Assembly: GCA_945898045.1 (NCBI GenBank)
Contig: CAMDGG010000005.1
Location: 13,298-77,297, forward strand
Source of the DNA: a bacterium UBP8_UBA817
Lineage (GTDB): Bacteria; Margulisbacteria; Marinamargulisbacteria; SXXA01; SICP01
Direction of reading: 5' to 3'
Length of the DNA: 64,000 nucleotides
The position numbers were made by a program, and so were the translations under genes. The notes below the pieces were generated by a model that did no database searches, was not told where the DNA came from, and saw only the letters and a list, made by a program, of their open reading frames with translations. Position 1 is the first letter of the stretch. Every line of letters begins with the position of its first letter. Below, in pieces: positions 8,540-18,799 of the stretch.

Positions 8540-9115
8540 ATGAACAACAAGCTAAAAGTCATCGCTTTTAATCCAGCACCCCCCATCCCCACATTTTCTA
8601 AAGATATGCCCGTCACAGAAGAACAATTCTCAAAAATTATTTCGGCCGAAACACTCTTCGACAAATTAGAAGGACTAGAAGCCGAGCATTGTAGTGTCAA
8701 ATTAGAATTCAAAGAAAGCACAATAAAAGTAATTTGCCGCTATAAAAATAACCGATGTTTAGATATGGAATTCCACTTAAATCCAACCAGTTTAAATTTA
8801 GCAAGTATAGAGGTCCCTGAAAAGTTTCAAAACCAAGGACTTATGAAGACCATTTTACTAAATTTTTTAACAGCCCTTTATGAATCTTTTGATAAATCTC
8901 AAAAAAAGACTTACCGAATCACAGCTGAAACAATCCATATAGGCACCTATAACTTTTTTAATCCCATAAACCGAGACCCAAAAATTAAACCAAATAGAGA
9001 AGGCCGTATTGTCGTTAAGGGTGTTATTTACTGCGACAAGATATTAGGCAATTTACTCATAGAGCATACTAAAAAAGCAAATAAACGTAAGGACAGTAGC
9101 TGTACAGTTTCTTAA
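8540..9115 (+). CDS. hypothetical protein, GNAT-like motif, paralog B
   Basis: 191 aa. IEVPEKFQNQGLMKTILLNFL and GTYNFFNPI align with paralog A. Divergently transcribed from A across a 90-bp spacer. Confidence 0.4.
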   Translation: MNNKLKVIAFNPAPPIPTFSKDMPVTEEQFSKIISAETLFDKLEGLEAEHCSVKLEFKESTIKVICRYKNNRCLDMEFHLNPTSLNLASIEVPEKFQNQGLMKTILLNFLTALYESFDKSQKKTYRITAETIHIGTYNFFNPINRDPKIKPNREGRIVVKGVIYCDKILGNLLIEHTKKANKRKDSSCTVS

Positions 9116-9816
9116 ACCAACCGCTTCAAAACCTGCCGCTTAACATCCTCGCACCCCTCAGGCAATTGATCCAAAATCTCAGACACAAACCCCTCCAACA
9201 ACAATCGCTTCGCTGCCTCAAGAGAAAACCCTCTCGACTGCAAATAAAAAATTGCCTCAGAATCCAACTGACCAATAGACGCACCATGGGCAGCCTTCAC
9301 GTCATCCGCGTAAATTTCCAGCTGTGGGCGTGTTATGACTCTCGCATTAGGAGATAATAACAAACTCTGATTCGATTGCGCAGAATCCGTTAATTGCGCG
9401 TGCTGCTTCACATGGACTTTGCCTTCATGTTCCGTAAGCGCATGATCTGACACCACATACTTAAACGTCTGCCGACTAAAACAAGACGGCACATCATGAT
9501 GCATTGATGTCACTAACTTCAATTGCGTCTGGCCAGAAACAAGAGAAAGACCCGATAAGTCGCATCGTGCCTCTTCGCCCAAAAACGTCACGTCCACTAA
9601 AACAGACCCCACGATCTCACCCAAAGAAATTACACAAATCGTTAAATCAGCACCCGCCTGCAAACGTACACCAATCGAAACCGTCTGAGGCGTCTCAGAT
9701 GTCCCCTTATCTTCTTGCACCAGGACCAGCGTTGATTTCTCATTTGAAGCAAGATCTACATCATGAGACAAAGAGTCCGTCGCCTGAATAACCCTCGGTA
9801 AACTAGAAACCATCAT
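9112..9816 (-). CDS. sufD: SufD (short form, about 234 aa)
   Basis: C-terminal AHGASIGQLDSEAIFYLQSRGFSLEAAKRLLLEGF is SufD-typical. Start moved to MMVSSL, because the track start lies 74 nt inside sufC. Confidence 0.7.
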   Translation of the reverse strand: MMVSSLPRVIQATDSLSHDVDLASNEKSTLVLVQEDKGTSETPQTVSIGVRLQAGADLTICVISLGEIVGSVLVDVTFLGEEARCDLSGLSLVSGQTQLKLVTSMHHDVPSCFSRQTFKYVVSDHALTEHEGKVHVKQHAQLTDSAQSNQSLLLSPNARVITRPQLEIYADDVKAAHGASIGQLDSEAIFYLQSRGFSLEAAKRLLLEGFVSEILDQLPEGCEDVKRQVLKRLV

Positions 9817-10537
9817 AACCTTTCTCTTCCAACACCAAAGCCAACTCAGCTGTGCCCGTCTGTACAATACGTCCATCCACCATCACGTGAACAAAATCTG
9901 GTTTAATATAATTGAGAAGACGCTGATAATGCGTAATCAACAAAAATGAATTCTGGACATCTCTCAGTGCATTTACGGCCTCTGCCACAATACGTAACGA
10001 ATCGATATCCAGCCCCGAATCGGTCTCATCCAAAATCGCCAATTTCGGATCCAAAATCGCCATCTGCAAAATCTCGTTCCGCTTCTTCTCTCCACCAGAA
10101 AACCCATGGTTCACAGCGCGTTCCAAAAAGGATTCATCAATCTTAAGCAATTCCAGTTTTTCCTGAAGAATAAACTCAAATTCCATCGGATCCACTTCTG
10201 CTTGCCCCGCCGCTTTACGTTTAGCGTTGTACGCCATACGCAAAAAGCTCGCATTATTCACACCCGGGATTTCCACCGGATATTGAAACGACATAAACAA
10301 GCCCAACTGAGCCCGTTCAGCGGCATCCAAAGCCAGCAAATCTTGACCATCCAAAATCACTTCACCTGACACAACTTCATAATCAGGATGCCCCGAAAGT
10401 GCCTTTGCAAGCGTACTTTTCCCAGCACCATTCGGCCCCATAATGGCATGCACCTCACCCGAACCAATCTCCAAAGTAAAGTCTTTTAAAATATCCGACC
10501 CATCTACCCGCACACATAAATTTTTAATCGATAACAT
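9803..10537 (-). CDS. sufC: SufC Fe-S assembly ATPase
   Basis: Walker A GPNGAGKST, ABC signature FSGGEKKR, Walker B LAILDE. GAGGAG sits upstream. Confidence 0.92.
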   Translation of the reverse strand: MLSIKNLCVRVDGSDILKDFTLEIGSGEVHAIMGPNGAGKSTLAKALSGHPDYEVVSGEVILDGQDLLALDAAERAQLGLFMSFQYPVEIPGVNNASFLRMAYNAKRKAAGQAEVDPMEFEFILQEKLELLKIDESFLERAVNHGFSGGEKKRNEILQMAILDPKLAILDETDSGLDIDSLRIVAEAVNALRDVQNSFLLITHYQRLLNYIKPDFVHVMVDGRIVQTGTAELALVLEEKGYDGF

Positions 10538-10546
10538 AGCTACTCC

Positions 10547-11986
10547 TCAACCTACCGAATTCTCTAATTTCAAACTTAACAACTGGGTCGCCTCGACAGC
10601 AAATTCCGTCGGCAACTCCTTAAATACATCAGCACAAAAACCATTAATAATCGTCTGTAAAGCCTCTTCCATACCAATGCCCCGTTGTGCAAAATAAAAC
10701 AACTGATCCGCACTAATTTTCACCGTCGTCGCTTCATGCCCGACATTGGCCAAAGGCGTCCGCACATCAATCGTCGGAAAGGTATTGGCCACACTTTCCT
10801 GACCAATCAACATCGAATCACATTGCGTAAAATTCTCAGCGCCCACCGCAGACCGATTCACCTGAACCAACCCACGATACGTATTCACCGATTTCCCTGC
10901 TGCAATGCCTTTCGACACAATCGTACTCTTCGTATTCTTACCGATATGGATCATCTTGGTACCCGTATCTGCCTGTTGCCGATGATTAGTAAGAGCCACC
11001 GAATAAAACTCACCAATAGACCCATCTCCAATCAACACACAACTCGGATATTTCCACGTAATCGCAGAACCTGTTTCAATTTGCGTCCAAGAAATTTTAG
11101 AGTTTTTACCAATACATTTCCCACGTTTCGTCACAAAATTATAAATACCACCCTTACCCGTCTCAGGATTTCCGGCATACCAATTTTGAACCGTAGAATA
11201 TTTAATTTGTGCATCGTCCAAAGTTACCAACTCCACCACAGCCGCATGCAATTGGTTCGTATCAAACATCGGGGCAGTACACCCTTCCAAATAACTCACA
11301 CTGGCTTGTTCTTCGCAAATAATGAGCGTACGTTCAAACTGCCCAGACCCTTCCGTATTAATACGAAAATACGTCGACAATTCCATCGGACACGTAATGC
11401 CCTTTGGCACATAAACAAAAGACCCTTCGGTAAATACAGCCGAATTTAAGGCCGCAAAAAAGTTATCTGTATAAGGCACAACAGACCCCATATATTGCTT
11501 CACCAAATCAGGATAATTTTTAACTGCTTCGGACAAAGGGCAAAACACCACGCCCGCTTCTAATAATTTTTTCTGATAAGTCGTCGCAACTGAAACGCTA
11601 TCAAAAATCGCATCCACAGCAACATTCGCTAATTTTTTTTGCTCGGTTAAGGGAATCCCCAGTTTTTCAAACGTACGTTTTAATTCTGGATCCACTTCAT
11701 CCATACTACCCAACTTCTCTTTTTGTTTAGGCTCTGCGTAATACTGAATCGCCTGATAATCGATCTTAGGATACGACACATGTGCCCAAGTAGGCTCCGT
11801 CATTTTCAACCAATGACGATACGCTTTTAACCGAAACTCCAACATAAATTCCGGCTCATTTTTCTTAGCCGAAATCATCCGAACCACGTCCTCAGAAAGT
11901 CCTTTCTGAAAGTCTTCTGATTCTATATCCGTTGTAAATCCATATTTATAAGGCTGACTTGTTAATGCTTCTATTTGCTGACTCAT
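10547..11986 (-). CDS. sufB: SufB Fe-S assembly scaffold
   Basis: 479 aa and SufB-typical throughout (for example YNFVTKRG and [15 protein letters not shown]). Confidence 0.92.
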   Translation of the reverse strand: MSQQIEALTSQPYKYGFTTDIESEDFQKGLSEDVVRMISAKKNEPEFMLEFRLKAYRHWLKMTEPTWAHVSYPKIDYQAIQYYAEPKQKEKLGSMDEVDPELKRTFEKLGIPLTEQKKLANVAVDAIFDSVSVATTYQKKLLEAGVVFCPLSEAVKNYPDLVKQYMGSVVPYTDNFFAALNSAVFTEGSFVYVPKGITCPMELSTYFRINTEGSGQFERTLIICEEQASVSYLEGCTAPMFDTNQLHAAVVELVTLDDAQIKYSTVQNWYAGNPETGKGGIYNFVTKRGKCIGKNSKISWTQIETGSAITWKYPSCVLIGDGSIGEFYSVALTNHRQQADTGTKMIHIGKNTKSTIVSKGIAAGKSVNTYRGLVQVNRSAVGAENFTQCDSMLIGQESVANTFPTIDVRTPLANVGHEATTVKISADQLFYFAQRGIGMEEALQTIINGFCADVFKELPTEFAVEATQLLSLKLENSVG

Positions 11987-11991
11987 AATTC

Positions 11992-12384
11992 CTAAACCAA
12001 TGACGCCAAGGTCACGGCCTCCAAGCGAAGATTAATATCTGACTGTACACTAGCTAAAACTTCTTTAAAACGACATCCATCAGAAAAAGAACAATATCCA
12101 TGACCCGACTCTAAACACTCCGACAAAACCGTCGGCCCATCAAATCCTTCTACCACCATACGCAACGTCACCGCACCAGAATCAGCAACCAAGGCCACGC
12201 CACCATGCTTACCCTGAATCGTACGAACCAACTCCATATTCCTCAATGTCTGCACCAATTTAACCAGGTGATGATAAGAAATATGTAACTCTTTCGCCAA
12301 AACCGGCATCGTCAACGGCCCACCCTCTCGAGCCAACCGAATCAACACCCGCATCGCAAAATCCACAGCTTTCGTTAAACGCAT
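11992..12384 (-). CDS. Rrf2-family transcriptional regulator, probably Fe-S binding, heading the suf operon
   Basis: N-terminal wHTH ([14 protein letters not shown]...) plus C-x7-C-x5-C ([15 protein letters not shown]). Confidence 0.8.
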   Translation of the reverse strand: MRLTKAVDFAMRVLIRLAREGGPLTMPVLAKELHISYHHLVKLVQTLRNMELVRTIQGKHGGVALVADSGAVTLRMVVEGFDGPTVLSECLESGHGYCSFSDGCRFKEVLASVQSDINLRLEAVTLASLV

Positions 12385-12438
12385 CCCACTAATCTAGCAA
12401 ACCTTGCACAAGTTAGGCAAGTTAAACAAAGGAACAGA

Positions 12439-13365
12439 CTATCTAGCAATCATATTAATATCAAAAGGCAATGCATTTACATCAGGTAATTTATTTAAAT
12501 CGACAGACATAAGCCGATTATTTTCAATACTATACCGTTTTTCTGGCATAAGCCGATCTATAGAAGAAATAATAATCTTACCCTCAGAGAGCTTCACGGG
12601 GTAAAGATAAACACCGTCCGTCCCCTTAGAAACACACAAATAGGACTTAGTTCCTTCCATGCCAGAATATTCAACAACAGAAGCCTGATAGGATTCTTTA
12701 AGAAGCCCGTGAATAATCGGTCTCCAAAAAACAGGGGCATTTGATTGAAGACGATGACGAGACACATCTCTTTTAGCAATATGATCTGAATAAGCATCTT
12801 CAAAAAGAATCGACACAGTTTTTGATCTAACAAAAGAACCATCACTACGTATAGACTCTAAATGAGAAAAATCTTTAGCCGGCCAAAGATATCCCTGAAA
12901 TTTATTTAATGCCTGAGGCCCCGCGTCCAAAAAATTTTTCAGAGCTAGAACCAACCTGTTTAATCGGTCAGGCACGGATTGACCTTGCAACGAACCCAAT
13001 AAATTCGGCGGTCCCACCAAATCAGAAAACGCCTTGCAGATCGTATTAAATTCCTTCTCATTGATAGACGATGTTGATTGCATATGAGAAAAAAGATCTA
13101 GAAATTTCCCTAGTAAAATCCTCGCAGGCTCAGGATTCTGTAGTCCTCGAAAAGAATTTATAAACAATTGATTAGAAGAAAAAAAATTCTCACTCATTTT
13201 CCCCATGGTAATCAATAAATCCATGTAAGGAAGTTCTTTATTATATTTTAAACACACATCAACCAACGCCAATAATGACGGACTAAAAGTCTTATATGAA
13301 TCCGAATTTTGAATAAAATTTATGTGATTAGGTCTTACACGTAATGAACCTGGAGGAGTCGGCAT
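12439..13365 (-). CDS. hypothetical protein (orphan) translationally coupled to lpdA
   Basis: 308-aa ORF whose ATG shares one nucleotide with the lpdA stop (TAATG). Visibly more AT-rich than lpdA. No recognisable motif. Confidence 0.5.
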   Translation of the reverse strand: MPTPPGSLRVRPNHINFIQNSDSYKTFSPSLLALVDVCLKYNKELPYMDLLITMGKMSENFFSSNQLFINSFRGLQNPEPARILLGKFLDLFSHMQSTSSINEKEFNTICKAFSDLVGPPNLLGSLQGQSVPDRLNRLVLALKNFLDAGPQALNKFQGYLWPAKDFSHLESIRSDGSFVRSKTVSILFEDAYSDHIAKRDVSRHRLQSNAPVFWRPIIHGLLKESYQASVVEYSGMEGTKSYLCVSKGTDGVYLYPVKLSEGKIIISSIDRLMPEKRYSIENNRLMSVDLNKLPDVNALPFDINMIAR

Positions 13366-14780
13366 TAATGGCTCTTAGAATAAGCATGCGTACAATGACC
13401 ATAAAAAAGTTCGGCAGCTTCCATCAACGTTTCAGAAAGTGTTGGATGGGGATGAACCGCCATCGCCAAGTCTTTTACAGTGGCACCCATCTCAATTGCT
13501 AAAACACCCTCAGCAATTAAATCTCCTGCACCTGCACCCGCCATGCCCACACCCAATACACGCTCAGTTTCCGGATCCACAACAATCTTCGTAACCCCTT
13601 CAGCTTTATCAAACGTCATAGCTCGTCCCGACGCACTCCAAGGAAACTTCACCACTTTCACGTTGCGATTTTGTTGCTTGGCCTCACTCTCAGTCAATCC
13701 ACACCAAGCCACTTCTGGCTCTGTAAAGACCACCGCAGGAATCACCACATTTTTTAATGGGATAGACACTTCACCCACAATCGATTCAACTGCAATTCTC
13801 GCTTCACGAGAGGCTTTGTGCGCCAACAAAACACCACCGGCAATATCACCAATTGCATAAATATGTGCAAGTGACGTTTGTTGCTCGTCATTGACGACAA
13901 TAAACTTCTTATCATCCAACACAACCCCAATATTCTGAAGCCCTAAATCTTCGCTATTTGGCACGCGTCCCACAGACACCAATACTCTGTCATACAAATG
14001 CTCTAACGTGTTTCCATCATGCTCCAAATGGACCTTGATCTTTTTACCAACAGTTGCCATTCTTATCACTTTGGCATTGAGTAACACTTCTGAAAAAGCT
14101 GTTTTTGCAAACGCCATTACTGGACGCACCAAATCCGCATCTGCGCCGGCCAAAATAGACGGCCCAGCTTCCACAACTGTCACCTGACTACCCAAACCAG
14201 CATAAACTGTTCCCAGCTCCATACCTATATAGCCGCCACCCACTACCAACAATTTTTCAGGAACATCTGGCACATCCAACGCTTCCGTTGAGGTCATAAT
14301 ACGAGGATTACCCAAATCAAACGCAGCAGGTAGAGCAGGACGTGATCCCACCGCAATAATAGCCTTCTCAAAATCTACAAAATGTTGACCTTTTTCATCT
14401 TCAATACGAAGCGTTGTCGGACTTTCAAAATAAGCGCGCCCAAAAACCACTTCTACCCCACGTGCTTTGGCCAAACTCGCTACACCGCCTGACAATTTAG
14501 TCAAAACACTGGTTTTCCATTCACGTAATTTTTTCAAATCGAATTCTGGCTCTCCAAAAGAAATCCCACGTTTTGCAGATTTCTTGGCTTCGGCAACAAT
14601 TTTGGTTGCATTCAACAAGGCTTTAGAAGGAATACATCCCCGATTCAAACACACGCCACCCAACTGAGAATCTTTCTCGATCAACAATACTTTTTTACCC
14701 AAATCCGCCGCATAAAACGCAGCTGCATAACCGCCAGGTCCAGACCCGACAACCACCACATCCACTTGTTTATTTTTCAT
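13365..14780 (-). CDS. lpdA: dihydrolipoyl dehydrogenase (E3)
   Basis: FAD motif GSGPGGY, redox-active CLNRGCIPSK, C-terminal HPHPTLSE. Confidence 0.9.
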   Translation of the reverse strand: MKNKQVDVVVVGSGPGGYAAAFYAADLGKKVLLIEKDSQLGGVCLNRGCIPSKALLNATKIVAEAKKSAKRGISFGEPEFDLKKLREWKTSVLTKLSGGVASLAKARGVEVVFGRAYFESPTTLRIEDEKGQHFVDFEKAIIAVGSRPALPAAFDLGNPRIMTSTEALDVPDVPEKLLVVGGGYIGMELGTVYAGLGSQVTVVEAGPSILAGADADLVRPVMAFAKTAFSEVLLNAKVIRMATVGKKIKVHLEHDGNTLEHLYDRVLVSVGRVPNSEDLGLQNIGVVLDDKKFIVVNDEQQTSLAHIYAIGDIAGGVLLAHKASREARIAVESIVGEVSIPLKNVVIPAVVFTEPEVAWCGLTESEAKQQNRNVKVVKFPWSASGRAMTFDKAEGVTKIVVDPETERVLGVGMAGAGAGDLIAEGVLAIEMGATVKDLAMAVHPHPTLSETLMEAAELFYGHCTHAYSKSH

Positions 14781-14782
14781 AA

Positions 14783-16060
14783 TTACTTAGTCTCCTTCAA
14801 CGCTTTCTCATCAAAAGACTCCATCTCTTGAATCAGATCACGCATAAATCGCGCGCCATCAGCACCATCAATTACACGATGATCGTAAGATAAACTCATA
14901 GGCATCACCATTACAGGAATAAGCGATTTTTTATCGTCATAAACAGGTTTCACAAACCCCTTAGATAATCCCAAAATAGCCACTTCAGGCGTATTCACAA
15001 TCGGCGTAAACGCGCCTACGCCCAAGCTACCCAAATTAGAAATCGTAAACGTACCGCCCTGTATATCATCAAGACCCAGTTTTCTATCTCGGGCTTTGCC
15101 AGCTAAAATTTCTAGCTCTTGTGATAACTGCAACAAACTCTTTTTATCCACATCCCGAATGACAGGAACAATTAAGCCAGACGGCGTATCTACTGCCACA
15201 CCAATGTGATAGTACTCTTTATAAATCATCTTGCCGGTTGCTTCATCATAACTAGCATTAAATGCAGGAAAACGCTTCAACACAGCAACCACCGCTTTCA
15301 ATACAAAAACGGTTACCGTAATGCGTGCATTTTTTTCAGAATAAACAGGATTATATTTTTTGCGTAACGCCATTACATGATCAATCTGAGCTTCATCAAA
15401 CTGAGTGACATGCGGAACAGTGTTCCAAGCGTCAACCATCTTAGCCCCAATTTTTTGGCGCAAGGACGATACGGTCTCTTCACGAATCGGTCCCCATTTT
15501 GAAAAATCGATATCCAACGGCTTAGGCCCCTTAACAACAGAAGCAGGAACGCCCGCACTAGAAAAAGCTACAGATTGAAGATACGAAATATAACCCCGAA
15601 CATCTTCTGTCGTAATCCGACCACCCGCACCTGTACCCGCTACCCGCGTTAAATCTATGCCATACCTAAGAGAAGCTTCACGAATAGCAGGCGACGTCGG
15701 TGCTGCACTTCCAGATTGTGCAGTATAAGTAGAACTACCTAGCACAGGAGCAACAGCAACTACAGGAGCAGGCGTAGAAACGGGTGCCGGCGTTGTTGCC
15801 ACTGGCGCAGCCGCAGGAGCCGATCCCTCTGCCACTTTAAATACCATCACAGCTGTTCCCTGAGAAACTACTGACCCTTCTTTCACCAATATTTTTTCAA
15901 CCACACCAGAAACCGGTGCAGGAATAGGCGCAACAGCTTTATCTGTTTCAAGCTCCATAATCGTTTGTTCTTTTTGAACTGTATCCCCAACAGCAACCAT
16001 AACAGACAATACCGTTGCAGTTTTTACACCATCCCCTAAATGGGGTAGCTTAATTTCCAT
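14783..16060 (-). CDS. aceF: dihydrolipoamide acetyltransferase (E2) of pyruvate dehydrogenase
   Basis: Single lipoyl domain (ELETDKA), an Ala/Pro linker, a subunit-binding domain and the catalytic SYDHRVIDGA. Lies between aceE and lpdA. Confidence 0.88.
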   Translation of the reverse strand: MEIKLPHLGDGVKTATVLSVMVAVGDTVQKEQTIMELETDKAVAPIPAPVSGVVEKILVKEGSVVSQGTAVMVFKVAEGSAPAAAPVATTPAPVSTPAPVVAVAPVLGSSTYTAQSGSAAPTSPAIREASLRYGIDLTRVAGTGAGGRITTEDVRGYISYLQSVAFSSAGVPASVVKGPKPLDIDFSKWGPIREETVSSLRQKIGAKMVDAWNTVPHVTQFDEAQIDHVMALRKKYNPVYSEKNARITVTVFVLKAVVAVLKRFPAFNASYDEATGKMIYKEYYHIGVAVDTPSGLIVPVIRDVDKKSLLQLSQELEILAGKARDRKLGLDDIQGGTFTISNLGSLGVGAFTPIVNTPEVAILGLSKGFVKPVYDDKKSLIPVMVMPMSLSYDHRVIDGADGARFMRDLIQEMESFDEKALKETK

Positions 16061-16071
16061 GATATCTCCTT

Positions 16072-18744
16072 CTAGAAAACAGGGTAAACCTTTTCAGGAT
16101 CCACTTTTAGATCGCGTATCGCTTTTTTCACCACACTGGTCTCTAAAAGCCCCTTTTCAGAAAGCATATAGAGCGTGCCCACAACAATACAAGCGGCATC
16201 CACTTCAAAATAACGACGCAATTGACTCCGCGTTTCGCTTCGTCCAAATCCATCCGTTCCCAATGTAAAGAGACCACCAGAAACCCAAGGCGCAATCTGA
16301 TCTGGAATCAAACGAACATTGTCAGAAGCAGCCACAAAATGGCCTTCTTCATGAGACAAGACCGCTTCTAAATAACTTACTTTCCGAGGTTTATCAGGAT
16401 GCATCATATTCCATCTGCGCGCATTCATCGCATCAGATCGAAGACGCTTATAATTGGTCGCGCCCCACACATCTACAGAATATCCATAGTCCGTTTCTAA
16501 TATTTTTTGGGCTTCGATCACACAATTCATAATCGAACCACTGCCAAATAAGTGTACTTTTGGCTTCTTGGATTTAATGCCGGCGCTAAATTTATACAGT
16601 CCCTGTAAAATGCCTTGCTCCGCATTTTTGGGCATTTCAGGCATGACGTAATTTTCGTTACCCACAGAAAGATAATAATAAATTTCTTCTTGGTCTTGAT
16701 ACATACGTTTGAGACCGTCTTGCATAATCACTGCAATTTCATATCGAAACGCAATATCGTAAGTCAACAAATTGGGAATCGCGGCGGCCAACAAATGACT
16801 ATGTCCATCTTGGTGCTGAAGACCTTCACCATTCAACGTCGTGCGACCAGCTGTCCCGCCAATCAAGAAGCCTTTGGCCCGGATATCACCCGCCAACCAG
16901 GCCAAATCCCCAATACGCTGAAAGCCAAACATCGAATAATAAATATAAAGTGGAATCATCTGCACACCATGCGTGGCATAGGATGTACCTGCAACCACAA
17001 ACGAACTCATGGCACCCGCTTCATTAATCCCTTCTTCAAGAACTTGGCCATCCGTTGCTTCACGATAATAAAGCAAACTCTCACGATCAACCGGCTCGTA
17101 CAACTGACCTTTGGTAGAATAAATCCCAATCTGACGAAACAAAGATTCCATACCAAACGTACGAGCTTCATCTGGAATAATCGGAACAATTCTTGGACCC
17201 AAATCAGGATGACGCAACAACTTCGTCAAAATACGGACATAGGCCATCGTCGTAGATAACGCACTTTCGCCTGAACCGACAAAAAATTCTTGGAAATAAG
17301 ACAGATCAGGAATTTCCAGCTTAGGCGCATCCACTTTGCGTTCAGGCAAAAAGCCACCTAGCTTTTGACGACGTTCAAACAAATATTTCATCTCAGGAGT
17401 ATCTAATTCAGGCCTAAAAAACGGTGCGTCCGCAATATCTTCATCCGCAATCGGCACACCAAATCGGGCCCGAAATTCACGGAGCTCTTTTTCATTTAAT
17501 TTTTTCTGATTATGAGAAACGTTCTTGCCTTCACCCGCTTCCCCAAGACCATAACCTTTTACAGTTTTAGCCAAAATAACAGTCGGACGGCCCTTGTGAT
17601 CACAGGCAGCCTGGAACGCCGCAAACATTTTCTTAGGATCATGACCACCCCGGAGTAATTTTTGAATCTGACGATCTGTCATATGATTCACCAATTCTAA
17701 TAACTCAGGATACTTACCAAAGAAGTGCTTGCGAATATAACTGCCCGGTTCCACAACATACTTCTGAAATTCACCATCAACCACTTCGCCCATTCGTTTA
17801 ATCAAAAGTTCGCTATGCTCAGACGACAAAAGTGGATCCCAATCAGACCCCCAAACCACTTTGATTACATTCCAACCAGCGCCTCTAAACACGCCTTCCA
17901 GCTCTTGAATAATCTTGCCGTTTCCACGAACAGGACCATCCAAACGTTGTAAATTACAGTTCACAATAAACGTTAAATTATCTAAATTCTCACGCGCCCC
18001 AATAGCAAGTGCCCCCAATGTTTCAGGTTCATCCACCTCGCCATCACCCACCATGCAATACACACGGGGTTCACGATCCCAATTTACCAATCCACGCGAT
18101 TTCAAATACCGATTAAAACGTGCCTGATAAATTGCTAAAAGCGGCCCAAGGCCCATCGAAACAGTCGGAAATTGCCAAAACGTCGGCATCAAATACGGAT
18201 GAGGATAAGAAGACAACCCGCCACTCGGCGCCAATTCACGACGAAAGCTATGAAGTTGCTCTTCGGTTAAACGTCCTTCCAAAAAAGCACGGGCATAATT
18301 TCCAGGAGACGCATGCCCCTGAAAAAAAATCTGATCTGCAGAATGACCTTCGCCATTCCCATAAAAAAAGTGATTAAATCCAGTTTCTAAAATCGTCGCG
18401 CTAGAAGCATAAGTCGAAATATGCCCGCCCAGACCCTCATCATCACGATTGGCCTTAACAACCATAGCCATCGCATTCCAACGAATATAACTCCGAATCC
18501 GTTGCTCAATCTCCAAATCGCCCGGGTAACTAGGCTCTTCATCCACAGGAATCGTATTCACATACGGAGAGTTAATCGGAAGCGCAACCGAAACACCTTG
18601 GTTATGTACATGATCATATAGCGTATTCAAAAGTTCAGAAACTTTCTCGCGACCATGATACCGCAGCACATAATCCAATGCCTCTACACACCGACGAACT
18701 TCTAAATCCGCCGTATCATCTTTCATTTTTTCGTCAGACATCAT
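16072..18744 (-). CDS. aceE: pyruvate dehydrogenase E1 component, homodimeric AceE type
   Basis: About 890 aa and AceE-like throughout. Start set at the first ATG (MMSDEK), because the track start is a TTG two codons upstream. Confidence 0.9.
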   Translation of the reverse strand: MMSDEKMKDDTADLEVRRCVEALDYVLRYHGREKVSELLNTLYDHVHNQGVSVALPINSPYVNTIPVDEEPSYPGDLEIEQRIRSYIRWNAMAMVVKANRDDEGLGGHISTYASSATILETGFNHFFYGNGEGHSADQIFFQGHASPGNYARAFLEGRLTEEQLHSFRRELAPSGGLSSYPHPYLMPTFWQFPTVSMGLGPLLAIYQARFNRYLKSRGLVNWDREPRVYCMVGDGEVDEPETLGALAIGARENLDNLTFIVNCNLQRLDGPVRGNGKIIQELEGVFRGAGWNVIKVVWGSDWDPLLSSEHSELLIKRMGEVVDGEFQKYVVEPGSYIRKHFFGKYPELLELVNHMTDRQIQKLLRGGHDPKKMFAAFQAACDHKGRPTVILAKTVKGYGLGEAGEGKNVSHNQKKLNEKELREFRARFGVPIADEDIADAPFFRPELDTPEMKYLFERRQKLGGFLPERKVDAPKLEIPDLSYFQEFFVGSGESALSTTMAYVRILTKLLRHPDLGPRIVPIIPDEARTFGMESLFRQIGIYSTKGQLYEPVDRESLLYYREATDGQVLEEGINEAGAMSSFVVAGTSYATHGVQMIPLYIYYSMFGFQRIGDLAWLAGDIRAKGFLIGGTAGRTTLNGEGLQHQDGHSHLLAAAIPNLLTYDIAFRYEIAVIMQDGLKRMYQDQEEIYYYLSVGNENYVMPEMPKNAEQGILQGLYKFSAGIKSKKPKVHLFGSGSIMNCVIEAQKILETDYGYSVDVWGATNYKRLRSDAMNARRWNMMHPDKPRKVSYLEAVLSHEEGHFVAASDNVRLIPDQIAPWVSGGLFTLGTDGFGRSETRSQLRRYFEVDAACIVVGTLYMLSEKGLLETSVVKKAIRDLKVDPEKVYPVF

Positions 18745-18799
18745 CCACAACTCTAACGAAGTCTACCGTGAAAATCAATATTGGGATAATATCCACCCC

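Noticed and set aside
9817-9876. Upstream extension of sufD (MDVLYRRAQLSWLWCWKRKV)
   Set aside because: It would overlap sufC by 74 nt and adds no SufD-like residues. The internal ATG pair at 9816/9813 fits the operon spacing.
10685-11449. 254-aa plus-strand ORF
   Set aside because: It lies entirely antisense to sufB, which has unambiguous homology. Its product is R/H/I/N-rich low-complexity sequence, typical of a shadow ORF on the C/A-rich strand.
12385-12438. Possible Rrf2 operator (repeated AACTTG, short CTTG-CA-CAAG palindrome) upstream of the suf regulator
   Set aside because: The arms are only 4-6 bp long and do not resemble a known Rrf2/IscR site closely enough to report as a feature.
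16615-17259. 214-aa plus-strand ORF, together with others at 17725-18621
   Set aside because: They are antisense shadow ORFs inside aceE. They have no start context or motifs, and the opposite-strand gene is certain.
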